64,000 nucleotides of DNA from NCBI GenBank assembly GCA_902559565.1, contig CACEIH010000001.1:42730-106729 (forward strand), read 5' to 3'. This stretch comes from an uncultured Pelagibacteraceae bacterium (GTDB lineage: Bacteria; Pseudomonadota; Alphaproteobacteria; Pelagibacterales; Pelagibacteraceae). This document shows, in pieces, positions 10,303 through 19,236 of the stretch. The notes beneath the pieces are model-generated. The model worked only from the letters and a program-made list of their open reading frames with translations. It did not search any database and was not told the DNA's origin. The translations under genes were made by a program, and so were the position numbers. The first letter of the stretch is position 1. Each line of letters opens with the position of its first letter.

Positions 10303-10458
10303 TTATCTAAAAAAAGAAAAAATTGTTTCTTTGTAATAAATTAGGTTTACTACAATTATCACTATTACTGCAAGTATGACTCCGTATTTTGCTTTTGGAA
10401 AAGCAACACCACGCATTTTGCTTGGTCTTAATTCTTCATTATTTTTTTCTTCTGACAT
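10303..10458 (-). CDS. Small single-TM protein (51 aa), not in ORF track
   Basis: Hand translation MSEEKNNEELRPSKMRGVAFPKAKYGVILAVIVIIVVNLIYYKETIFSFFR*; fills the gap between the terminator and gmaS. Confidence 0.6.
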   Translation of the reverse strand: MSEEKNNEELRPSKMRGVAFPKAKYGVILAVIVIIVVNLIYYKETIFSFFR

Positions 10459-10470
10459 TTTTGATAGATT

Positions 10471-10501
10471 AAAAAAAGGGCGCTACAATTAAGTAGCGCC
10501 C
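10471..10501 (-). terminator. Rho-independent terminator after amt and the small gene
   Basis: 9-bp stem GGGCGCTAC/GTAGCGCCC, 6-nt loop, followed by T7 on the minus strand. Confidence 0.9.
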
Positions 10502-10517
10502 AAATTTTATTTAAAAA

Positions 10518-10748
10518 TTACCAGTCGGTAATATTGCTTTTATGATCATTTGGACCATGTCTTTTCCTTGAAAGTCTTTCAAGTTCATCACTTTCAGACC
10601 TTGCAGTTAAAACATGCCAACCAACCCATAAAATAATTGCTAAAATTACTAGCAATCCTTCTGAGGATCCAGCACCAGGATAAACAGCACCTGCAACTTC
10701 TTCTGCAGGTTTGTTCAGGTGATCGATCCAATTTGTGACTGTTGCCAT
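10518..10748 (-). CDS. Small membrane protein co-transcribed with amt
   Basis: 76 aa, one TM helix (LLVILAIILWVGWH), AGGAG RBS, 12 nt downstream of amt. Confidence 0.8.
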   Translation of the reverse strand: MATVTNWIDHLNKPAEEVAGAVYPGAGSSEGLLVILAIILWVGWHVLTARSESDELERLSRKRHGPNDHKSNITDW

Positions 10749-10760
10749 ATTGTTTCTCCT

Positions 10761-12161
10761 TTACCTGGTTGCTGACGAAACAGCTCTTTCGTCTTTTTTA
10801 GCAGTTTCCATTATTTCATAGTCAAGTCCTGCAATCTCCACATCACGAGGTATTCTTAATTTACCCATTCCATGAAGAACTTTTGCAATAACATAACCTG
10901 GTATTAGTCCAAGAACTACGAACATAATTAATGCTCCTAGGAATTGTCCTAATGGGTTAATTGTAGCATAAGTTGTTCCGTCCCACATAGCACCAACACT
11001 GTAACCAGATGATGGGTAACCATTAAGAACAAAACCACAAATCACTAGACCAATAAATCCAGCATAACCATGTACTGCAACTGCACCAACTGCATCATCA
11101 ATTTTGAACTTACGTTCAACCCAGTAATGTAGTTTGTATGAAATCACAACACCGATCATACCAATAATCATTGCTTGAATTGGATGATATAAATCATTTC
11201 CAGCTGAAGCACATATGATACCTGCTAGTCCACTTGAGTATGTCCAGAAAGGATCACCTTTTGCAATCCAATAACCAGCTAATAATCCTCCTGATAATGA
11301 CATCAAGAAGTTAAAAGTAATACCACTAAGTGTAGTAGGGGTTACGTATATGTTTGTAGCTGTCCAATAACTTATGCCTTCCATACCGTACTCAGGTCCA
11401 AGATCAAAGATTGGTATATTACATGCAGCGTAGAAGCCCCAGAAACCAGTATAAATTAGAAATAATCCAATTGTAACTAACCAAGGATTTCTTGGTCCTA
11501 TGTTTCTTGGTTCACCACTAGATGAAAATTTTCCAATTCTTGGTCCTAAAACCATAAGAACACCTAAAGCAAATCCACCCGCAATTGCGTGAATTACTCC
11601 TGATGCATAAGCATCATGGTATCCTAGAAGTTTAAGCATCCAGCCGTCAAAGTGCCATCCCCAAGCAGCATCAATTGTCCAGAAAACTGAACCAATTGCA
11701 ATTGCTAAAATTCCAAATGCAAAAGTTGTAATTCTTTCAATGATTGCTCCTGAAACGATGGAAGCAGCTGTCCAAGAGAATAATAGGAATGCAGCCCAGA
11801 AGACACCTGAAATGTGGTCTCCTAAGTTAACAGCCATTAAATCACTTGTTGCCGTATACCAAGTAGCACTAAATGCAGACTCATCTGTAATTAGAGCAGT
11901 ACTTTCATTCATTATTGATGGTGCTAATCCCGGTCCTGTTGGGAAAGCCCAATAAATCCACCAACCAAATAAAAACCAAGTTACTGTTACCAAAGGTATC
12001 AGCATCGTGTTTTTCATCAGAGTATGTTGGTGATGTTTGTATCGAGAAGCTCCAACCTCATACATACAGAAACCGACGTGAATTAAAAACATCAGTACCA
12101 CTGTTACCCAGTAGTAAAATTCTGTAAATATAGTAGTAAGAGCACCTAACTGATCAGTCAT
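10761..12161 (-). CDS. amt: Amt-family ammonium/methylamine transporter
   Basis: SIVSGAIIER, SGVIHAIAG and DDAVGAVAVHG (twin His), LGPRIGKF, EIAGLD; about 11 TM segments. Confidence 0.93.
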   Translation of the reverse strand: MTDQLGALTTIFTEFYYWVTVVLMFLIHVGFCMYEVGASRYKHHQHTLMKNTMLIPLVTVTWFLFGWWIYWAFPTGPGLAPSIMNESTALITDESAFSATWYTATSDLMAVNLGDHISGVFWAAFLLFSWTAASIVSGAIIERITTFAFGILAIAIGSVFWTIDAAWGWHFDGWMLKLLGYHDAYASGVIHAIAGGFALGVLMVLGPRIGKFSSSGEPRNIGPRNPWLVTIGLFLIYTGFWGFYAACNIPIFDLGPEYGMEGISYWTATNIYVTPTTLSGITFNFLMSLSGGLLAGYWIAKGDPFWTYSSGLAGIICASAGNDLYHPIQAMIIGMIGVVISYKLHYWVERKFKIDDAVGAVAVHGYAGFIGLVICGFVLNGYPSSGYSVGAMWDGTTYATINPLGQFLGALIMFVVLGLIPGYVIAKVLHGMGKLRIPRDVEIAGLDYEIMETAKKDERAVSSATR

Positions 12162-12285
12162 ATCCTCTCTCCATATTAGTTTTCGAAAGCCTATATAATT
12201 TGAAAGGGTGTGACAAACAAAACAATCTTATAAAACCTAGTATTGACAGTAGATTTTAAAAAAAAATCAACCTTTGATTGAGTAA

Positions 12286-12702
12286 TTAAAATTTTAAGTA
12301 TGCTTTTTTCAAATCAACAAGAGGATGTTTTGGAGACATTTGAAACTTAACTAATAGTTCTCTGGCAATCATATCTCTATCTTGTTGATTGTTCGGTAAC
12401 TTAATTGACTTTGGAATTGTAACCCAACCATTTGCATTTCTACAGAATACTGCAGGTCTACCTTCTTCATATCCCATATGCACATCTTCTAACCAATTAA
12501 GATCGTCCCATCCCATTGCTTCAACATATTTTTTTAGAAAAGGAGTCATCTTTGAATAATCTGGGAGGAGGTTAACATCGTATCTATAACCGATTGATTG
12601 ACCAATCATCTTTTCTCTAGCAGTTTCTTTTTTCTTTCCTAACTGTTGGTCTTTATCAGCAACTGATTTTGAAACTTTCTTTTTATTTTTTTTCTTAGCC
12701 AT
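12286..12702 (-). CDS. Hypothetical protein, last gene of the mgs operon
   Basis: 138-aa ORF 8 nt downstream of mgsC with AGGA RBS; no family recognised. Confidence 0.75.
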   Translation of the reverse strand: MAKKKNKKKVSKSVADKDQQLGKKKETAREKMIGQSIGYRYDVNLLPDYSKMTPFLKKYVEAMGWDDLNWLEDVHMGYEEGRPAVFCRNANGWVTIPKSIKLPNNQQDRDMIARELLVKFQMSPKHPLVDLKKAYLKF

Positions 12703-12710
12703 AAATTCCT

Positions 12711-14129
12711 TTAAATTTTATGAAAGTTATCTACTCCAACAGTATAATTAGTTCCCGCTAAAGGAACTTTAGCTAAAGCTGAAGCTTCAGATGTTAGTGC
12801 AGCTAAATCCTCAGGCTCTAATGAGTGAATATTTGTTTTTCCACATGCTCTAGCTAATAATTGAGCTTCTAAAGTCATTGAGTGAAGATAATTGTAAACT
12901 CTTAGTGCAGCATCATCAGGATTTAATCTAGCTCTTAGTTTAGGATCTTGAGTTGCAACACCAACTGGACATCTTCCAGTGTGACAATGGTAGCATTCAC
13001 CTGCTTTTACACCCATTTCTTTTTCAAAGTTTGCTTCTGGAATATCTTTATTACAATTAAGTGCAATCATAGATCCAGTTCCGATTGCTATCGCATCAGC
13101 ACCTAAAGCTAATGCTTTTGCCATGTCAGCACCATCTCTAACACCACCTGCGTAAATTAAAGTTACTTTTCCAGTTTTACCTACATCATCTAATGCTCTT
13201 CTAGCTTCTCTAATTGCTGCAATACCAGGAATACCAGTGTTTGCTGCTGCAATGTGTGGTCCAGCTCCTGTTGATCCTTCCATACCATCAAGGTAAATTG
13301 AATCTGGATCACATTTTGCTGCCATACGAACATCATCATAAACTTTTGATGCACCTAATTTTAATTGAATTGGAACTTTATTTTTTGTTAATTGTCTTAA
13401 CTCTTCTACTTTTAAAGCTAAATCATCTGGACCTAACCAATCAGGATGTCTTGCAGGAGATCTTTGGTCAATACCAGACGGGAGTGATCTCATTTCAGCT
13501 ACTTGGTCAGTAACTTTTTGACCCATTAAGTGACCACCCATTCCAACTTTTTGACCTTGTCCAATAAAAACTTCTATTCCATCTGCAAGTTGTGCATGAT
13601 GTGGGTTAAATCCATATCTTGATTGAATACATTGGTAAAACCATTTCTCTGAATATCTTCTTTCATCAGGTATCATTCCACCTTCACCTGAACATGTTGC
13701 ACTACCAGCCATTGTTGCTCCTCTTGCGAGAGCAGTTTTAGCCTCGTAAGATAATGCTCCAAAACTCATACCAGTAATATAAACCGGTATGTCTAATTCA
13801 ATTGGATTTTCACATCTTGGACCAATAACAGTTTTGGTTTCACATTTTTCTCTGTATCCTTCGATTACAAATCTTGTAAGTGTGCCTGGCAAGAAAACTA
13901 AATCATCAAATGTTGGAATTTTTTTCATTAATGCCATTCCTCGCATTCTGTATCTTCCCAATTGTGATTTTATATGAATGTCATCAATTACATCAGGAGT
14001 AAAAATAGCATTGTGTCCTAAGAGGCTTTTGTTTCTTCCGCCATTTGAGCTTAAATGAACATCAGCTTTTCCACCAACATTACCATTCTTTTTTATTTTG
14101 CCATTTTTTTTCTTTTTTTTCTTTGCCAT
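12711..14129 (-). CDS. mgsC: N-methylglutamate synthase subunit C (FMN-binding glutamate synthase family, GlxD)
   Basis: GMSFGALS, GEGG, SPARHPD, DGMEG, CYHCHTGRCPVGVATQDP (3Fe-4S). Confidence 0.88.
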   Translation of the reverse strand: MAKKKKKKNGKIKKNGNVGGKADVHLSSNGGRNKSLLGHNAIFTPDVIDDIHIKSQLGRYRMRGMALMKKIPTFDDLVFLPGTLTRFVIEGYREKCETKTVIGPRCENPIELDIPVYITGMSFGALSYEAKTALARGATMAGSATCSGEGGMIPDERRYSEKWFYQCIQSRYGFNPHHAQLADGIEVFIGQGQKVGMGGHLMGQKVTDQVAEMRSLPSGIDQRSPARHPDWLGPDDLALKVEELRQLTKNKVPIQLKLGASKVYDDVRMAAKCDPDSIYLDGMEGSTGAGPHIAAANTGIPGIAAIREARRALDDVGKTGKVTLIYAGGVRDGADMAKALALGADAIAIGTGSMIALNCNKDIPEANFEKEMGVKAGECYHCHTGRCPVGVATQDPKLRARLNPDDAALRVYNYLHSMTLEAQLLARACGKTNIHSLEPEDLAALTSEASALAKVPLAGTNYTVGVDNFHKI

Positions 14130-14983
14130 TAAATTGCTCCTTTTTTCTCAGTAGGTTCTAAATTATCGTAATTCCAAAGTTTTTTACCAGCTACTATTTT
14201 TTTCATTTTACTAACGTCAAATTTCTCGCCAATTTCAGCAACCTTTAGCTTTCTTTTTAACCAATCTTGATCGCTTTTCGTTAATTCGGCGTCTACTGCA
14301 TCACTACCATAAGAGCCAATTTCTCCACCTACGAAAATTGTCCCATCATACATAGAGTCACCTAAATTAATTCCAACGTCTCCTAATATAATTATTCTAC
14401 CTCTTTGCATCATAAAACCAGTAAAAGCACCAGCGTCTCCACCAATAATTATGGTTCCACCTTTCATATCAATACCAGTTCTGGCACCAACACTACCTTT
14501 ACAAATTAGATCTCCACCTCTGATTGCGGCTCCAAAGCATGATCCCGCATTCTTTTCTATTACCACTTTACCAGCCATTAAATTTTCAGCACAAGACCAA
14601 CCAACTCTTCCATTGATTCGTACTGTTGGTCCATCACATGATCCCATTCCAAAGTATCCTAAACTACCTTCAAAAATTAAATTTAATTTATTTAAAATAC
14701 CAACTCCCAAACTATGTTTACCTTGTGGATTTTTAATAACTATAGTTCCATAACCTTGGCTCATTAAATTATCTATTTCTTTATTTGCATCTGCAGCTGT
14801 CATGTCTTTAACATCCAAATCAGTTCTTTTGTTAAAGTCTACGTCGTAAGTTCCAAAGTAATAAAAATTTTCTGCTTCATCAGGATTAAAAAACTTCTGT
14901 TGTGTTCTACCAGTTAGAACTTCTGTATGCATACCCATAGCTTGGGCTTTGGTTTTTTTTGTAACGTTTTTTATATTTGCCAT
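14129..14983 (-). CDS. mgsB: N-methylglutamate synthase subunit B (GXGXG/FwdC-like, GlxC)
   Basis: NPQGKHSLGVG and Gly-rich beta-helix repeats (GIDMKGGTIIIGG, GFMMQRG, GDSMYDG). Confidence 0.85.
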   Translation of the reverse strand: MANIKNVTKKTKAQAMGMHTEVLTGRTQQKFFNPDEAENFYYFGTYDVDFNKRTDLDVKDMTAADANKEIDNLMSQGYGTIVIKNPQGKHSLGVGILNKLNLIFEGSLGYFGMGSCDGPTVRINGRVGWSCAENLMAGKVVIEKNAGSCFGAAIRGGDLICKGSVGARTGIDMKGGTIIIGGDAGAFTGFMMQRGRIIILGDVGINLGDSMYDGTIFVGGEIGSYGSDAVDAELTKSDQDWLKRKLKVAEIGEKFDVSKMKKIVAGKKLWNYDNLEPTEKKGAI

Positions 14984-15915
14984 ACTTTTACCTCTCCATC
15001 AAATGGATCATAAGTATCAATTTCTTGTGGTAAGATTGATCTAATTGCAATCTCCTCTGACCCCATTGCAACTAAATCATCAGACTCATAAAGAACCAAA
15101 GGCTTTGCAGCCATAGTATCTTTTGCCATTCCCAAAGAGTCTTTTGTAGCAACAAAATAAGTGAAAACGCCATCTAACCCTATTAGAGAATCTTTCATTC
15201 CTTCCTCTAAAGAAGCGCCCTCTCTCATTTTTTGAGCAATGTAAACGGCGATGAGTTCTGAGTCACACTCAGACATAAATCTCATTCCTTTATTTTCTAA
15301 AGCTCTTCTATTGTTCCAGTAATTAGTTAATTGTCCGTTATGAACTACCGACACATCACTAAATGGGTAGCCCCAAAAAGGGTGAGCTGATTTTATATCT
15401 ACTCCAGATTCTGTTGCCATTCTAGCATGACCAATTGCATGAGTACCAACGAGTTTATCTAAATTATATCTATCACATACCATTTTAGCGTTACCAAGAT
15501 CTTTTATGACCTCTAGAGATTTTCCCATTGAAAGAATTTCAACACCAGGAATACTTTCTATTTTTTGTGAAAACTCCAATAAATCTTTTTTATTGTATTC
15601 AATTTCATATCTTAAAGAGTATGGAAGAATTCTCTCTTCTTTAACAATTTTTGCTCCCATTTCTGAAAGGTAACTATCTACAATTTTTTTTCTTTCATCA
15701 TAAACTGACACATCTTCTGCAACAGATGTACTTCCTTCACCAACATTTTCACCTACTTTAAATCTCATGATGAAATTTTTTCCATCAGTTTCTCCATACA
15801 AAGCATAACCTGTAGAGTCTTCTCCTCTATGTTTTAGAGCTTGCAACATTCCTTGTAGCTCATGACCAACTTTTGAAGATTTTCCTCTATGAATTAATCC
15901 TGCTATTCCGCACAT
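14971..15915 (-). CDS. mgsA: N-methylglutamate synthase subunit A (class II glutamine amidotransferase, GlxB)
   Basis: N-terminal MCGIAG nucleophile, HRG.DSTG, GHARMATES, AHPF, HNGQL.N. Confidence 0.88.
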   Translation of the reverse strand: MCGIAGLIHRGKSSKVGHELQGMLQALKHRGEDSTGYALYGETDGKNFIMRFKVGENVGEGSTSVAEDVSVYDERKKIVDSYLSEMGAKIVKEERILPYSLRYEIEYNKKDLLEFSQKIESIPGVEILSMGKSLEVIKDLGNAKMVCDRYNLDKLVGTHAIGHARMATESGVDIKSAHPFWGYPFSDVSVVHNGQLTNYWNNRRALENKGMRFMSECDSELIAVYIAQKMREGASLEEGMKDSLIGLDGVFTYFVATKDSLGMAKDTMAAKPLVLYESDDLVAMGSEEIAIRSILPQEIDTYDPFDGEVKVWQI

Positions 15916-15940
15916 ATACTTTTCCTTTTTATTTAATTTA

Positions 15941-17410
15941 TTACGGTAAACAATCTAAATAAGTATCTAGATCCCATTGAGTTGTTGCACCTAAAAACTT
16001 TTCCCATTCATCATTTTTATACCAATGAAATATTTTGTACATTTCATCTGGCATAGCCGATTGAATAACTTTATCTTCAGAAAGTCTTTCAAGTGCTTCA
16101 CCTAAACTTAAAGGTAATTTTTTAACATCCTTACCTGCTTTTTGCGCTTCATATATATTTCTAGACTCAGGTTTACCAGGATCAATTTTATTTGAGATTC
16201 CATCATCAAATGCTTTTAATAAAGCTGCTCCCATTAAATAAGGGTTATGCATTGAGTCTACAGATCTATATTCAAATCTTCCAGGAGCAGAAACTCTCAA
16301 ACCACATGTTCTGTTTTGATATCCCCAGTCAGCATAAACAGGTGCCCAAAAACCTTGATCCCACAATCTTCTATAAGAGTTTACTGTTGATGAACCTATA
16401 GCCGTTAATGCTGGTAAGTGCTTCATAACTCCACCAATTGATTGTAATCCTATTTTACCTGGTAATTGCATATCTTTTGTGTCAGGCATAAATGTATTTG
16501 TTCCACCTTCAACATAAGTAAAAACTTCTTCGACTCCTGGAAGAGTTTTATGTCCAAGTTTGTTAACTACGTCTTTTCCACCTTTCCACAAAGACATATT
16601 TGTATGACAACCACTTGCAGAAACACCCATAAATGGTTTTGTCATAAAACAAGCAATCAATCCATGTTCTCTTGCAACTTGCGCACAAATTTGTCTGTAT
16701 GTTGAAAGTCTATCTGCATTTCTTAATACATCATCATACATCCAGTTAAGTTCTAATTGACCAGGCGCATCTTCGTGGTCACCTTGAATCATATCAAGAC
16801 CCATTGCATTAGCGTACTCAATAACTTTCATAAAAACAGGTCTTAATGACTCAAATTGATCGATATGATAACAGAAAGGTTTTGAAAACCCTTTTCCGGT
16901 AGGCGTACCATCCTCATTTTTAGTAAGCCACATCATCTCAGGCTCTGTACCAACTCTCATTTGGTAACCATGTTTTTTCTTAAATTCTTCAGCAATTATT
17001 CTTAAATTTCCTCTACAATCAGAAGTTAAGTGTCCACCTGGATTTTCTCTTTCTTCTCTATTTCTAAAACAAGTGCAATATACTCTTCCTACTCTTTTGT
17101 CCCAAGGTAATTGTACGAAAGTTTCAGGGTCAGGAATTCCAACTAATTCCTTAGCTTCAGGACCATAGCCGATATAATTATTGTGACGATCTAAAAATAA
17201 ATTAGCAGTCGCTCCATAAACTAATTGAAAACCTTTTTCAGCTGTTCTTTCCCAATGATCTGCGGGAATACCTTTACCAACTACTCTTCCAGTAACTGAA
17301 ATGAATTGAAAATAAATATAAGTTATTCCTAATTCATTAATTTTATCTCTTACTTTTTTAACTAATTTTGCTCTACCTGGCTGGTTAACATGTTTTTCTA
17401 GATCTGTCAT
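15941..17410 (-). CDS. Second glutamine-synthetase-family gamma-glutamyl ligase, substrate unknown
   Basis: GTEPEM, GDHEDAPGQLELN, FMTKPF, GCHTNMSLW, NSYRRL, WGYQNRT, FEYRSVD..NPYL. Confidence 0.88.
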   Translation of the reverse strand: MTDLEKHVNQPGRAKLVKKVRDKINELGITYIYFQFISVTGRVVGKGIPADHWERTAEKGFQLVYGATANLFLDRHNNYIGYGPEAKELVGIPDPETFVQLPWDKRVGRVYCTCFRNREERENPGGHLTSDCRGNLRIIAEEFKKKHGYQMRVGTEPEMMWLTKNEDGTPTGKGFSKPFCYHIDQFESLRPVFMKVIEYANAMGLDMIQGDHEDAPGQLELNWMYDDVLRNADRLSTYRQICAQVAREHGLIACFMTKPFMGVSASGCHTNMSLWKGGKDVVNKLGHKTLPGVEEVFTYVEGGTNTFMPDTKDMQLPGKIGLQSIGGVMKHLPALTAIGSSTVNSYRRLWDQGFWAPVYADWGYQNRTCGLRVSAPGRFEYRSVDSMHNPYLMGAALLKAFDDGISNKIDPGKPESRNIYEAQKAGKDVKKLPLSLGEALERLSEDKVIQSAMPDEMYKIFHWYKNDEWEKFLGATTQWDLDTYLDCLP

Positions 17411-17439
17411 TTTCCCCTCAATGAATTAATATTTATCCA

Positions 17440-17468
17440 AACGTAGCTGAAAAATTTATTAGTGTCTA
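17440..17468 (-). promoter_or_regulatory. Candidate sigma70 promoter for the GS2-mgsABC operon
   Basis: Minus strand TAGACA-N17-TACGTT upstream of a GAGGGG RBS. Confidence 0.45.
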
Positions 17469-17478
17469 GGCTTGAAGT

Positions 17479-18825
17479 TTAACTCCAAGGGAATGGACTG
17501 TTCGAAGTAGGGTGAAGTTCTCCCTTCTCGTAACGGTTGAATCTAAACGGCTTTAATAAATCACTCTCAGTACCAAGAATTTCTTTTGCTACAAGTTCTC
17601 CAACTCCAATCATCTTATATCCATGATTTGCATCTGCTATCATGTAAACGTTTTCAAAAAATCTATCGAAGATTGGAAATGAATCTGGAGTCATACATCC
17701 AAGACCACCCGAAGGACCTTTTCTATATAAATCTGATTTTCCTTCAAATCTTTTTTGGCAGTGTGCTAATGCTGAACACCACATTTCACTAAATGCATCT
17801 GTAGTTTGATACTCAGGTGACTCTATTCCATAAGGGTCAACATTCACTTCATCAAAATGTTTTTTAACAATGTAAGGAGATGTTCCTCCCTGAACACCTA
17901 AACCTTCAATATCTGGTTTGTAATAAATTCCCCAAATTTTATCTGTAATTAATTTTTTTGTTTTATCTGAATATAATGGAGCCGTAGAATCAACGTGAAC
18001 CACAGGTGGTTGTTTACCATCATTTGTTTTCAAAAAATCTGGTTCTACTCCAATAACTCCTTCTTGAAGCATCCAATATGTCCACATGTCAGTGACATGC
18101 ATCTTTCCATCTTTACCTTTGATGTTCGCAGTTTTAGGTAATTCCAACATGTTCCAGAAATCTCTTGCCCATGGTCCTGCTCCAATTACTACTTGTTCGC
18201 AATCAATAGTACCTTTATCAGTTTCTACACCTGTTACTGCTTTACTATTACTTCCTCTTTTAAAACCTGTAACTTTTACTCCCTTCATAACTTGAACACC
18301 ATTCGATGTAGATTTATTTTCAAGAGCTTTTATTGAGTCTTTGTTAAATGCATATCCACCTTTTTTCTCGTGAAGAATTGATGTAATACCTTGTGCTTGC
18401 CAATCATCAAAAATACCTTTCATATAATTAGCACAATCTTTCTCACCTTCTATAAATGTAGACTCGTATCCAATTGCTTTTTGTTGTTTATAAATGCTTG
18501 CAACATCTTCATGCATTACTTCAGGTGATATTTGTAAATAGCCAACTGGATTATATTTAAATGCTTTTGGATCACTTTCCCAAACAGAAACTGAATGAGC
18601 CATTAATTCTCTCATTGCTGGTTGAAAATAATTATTTCTTACTACACCACAAGCTATTCCACTTGCACCAGCAGCAGTATCTTTTTTTTCTAAAACTATG
18701 ATGTCACCAGGATTTTTATAAGTTTCTGATAATTTCCATGCAGTACTTAAACCGTGGATACCTCCACCAATTATAACTACTTTTGCTTTTGTCGGTAATG
18801 ACATATTCATATCTTTATTTTTCAT
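17479..18825 (-). CDS. FAD-dependent oxidoreductase (DAO/monomeric sarcosine oxidase family)
   Basis: VIIGGGIHG FAD motif, AGASGIACG, GAGPW, TPDSFPIFD, HGYKM. Confidence 0.85.
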   Translation of the reverse strand: MKNKDMNMSLPTKAKVVIIGGGIHGLSTAWKLSETYKNPGDIIVLEKKDTAAGASGIACGVVRNNYFQPAMRELMAHSVSVWESDPKAFKYNPVGYLQISPEVMHEDVASIYKQQKAIGYESTFIEGEKDCANYMKGIFDDWQAQGITSILHEKKGGYAFNKDSIKALENKSTSNGVQVMKGVKVTGFKRGSNSKAVTGVETDKGTIDCEQVVIGAGPWARDFWNMLELPKTANIKGKDGKMHVTDMWTYWMLQEGVIGVEPDFLKTNDGKQPPVVHVDSTAPLYSDKTKKLITDKIWGIYYKPDIEGLGVQGGTSPYIVKKHFDEVNVDPYGIESPEYQTTDAFSEMWCSALAHCQKRFEGKSDLYRKGPSGGLGCMTPDSFPIFDRFFENVYMIADANHGYKMIGVGELVAKEILGTESDLLKPFRFNRYEKGELHPTSNSPFPWS

Positions 18826-18885
18826 GCGACGTAAATATATAATTTTTTATATATATAAAATATATAAGTAATTAATTACTTATCC

Positions 18886-19236
18886 TTAGAAACTTAGATT
18901 TTTAAGAGTTGCCAGATATTGATTGAATTCCTCAATAAATGCTTCACTAGGTTTGATATGTTTTTTTCTTTGATCACCAGAAGTTTTTTCTAGGAAAAAA
19001 AAACCTTTTTCACAAGCTTCATTTATCATTAAAGCTGATTTTGGTCGTGAAGTTTTAAATAGTTTTGTTTTTAATTCCTCTACAGTTAGATTTTCTTTAT
19101 ATTTAAAAGCATGCATTACTAGAAGCATCATATGATAATGAGATGGTGACTTTCTGAAAAAATAATTACTAGATGTGTGCGAAAGTTTCATTTGATCTTC
19201 CCAAAACTCTAATAAATCTTTAGTTGTTTTTGTCAT
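18886..19236 (-). CDS. Small MarR-like winged-helix protein
   Basis: LTVEEL...SRPKSALMINEA helix pair and DQRKK wing (DxR); start overlaps tdm stop. Confidence 0.55.
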   Translation of the reverse strand: MTKTTKDLLEFWEDQMKLSHTSSNYFFRKSPSHYHMMLLVMHAFKYKENLTVEELKTKLFKTSRPKSALMINEACEKGFFFLEKTSGDQRKKHIKPSEAFIEEFNQYLATLKNLSF

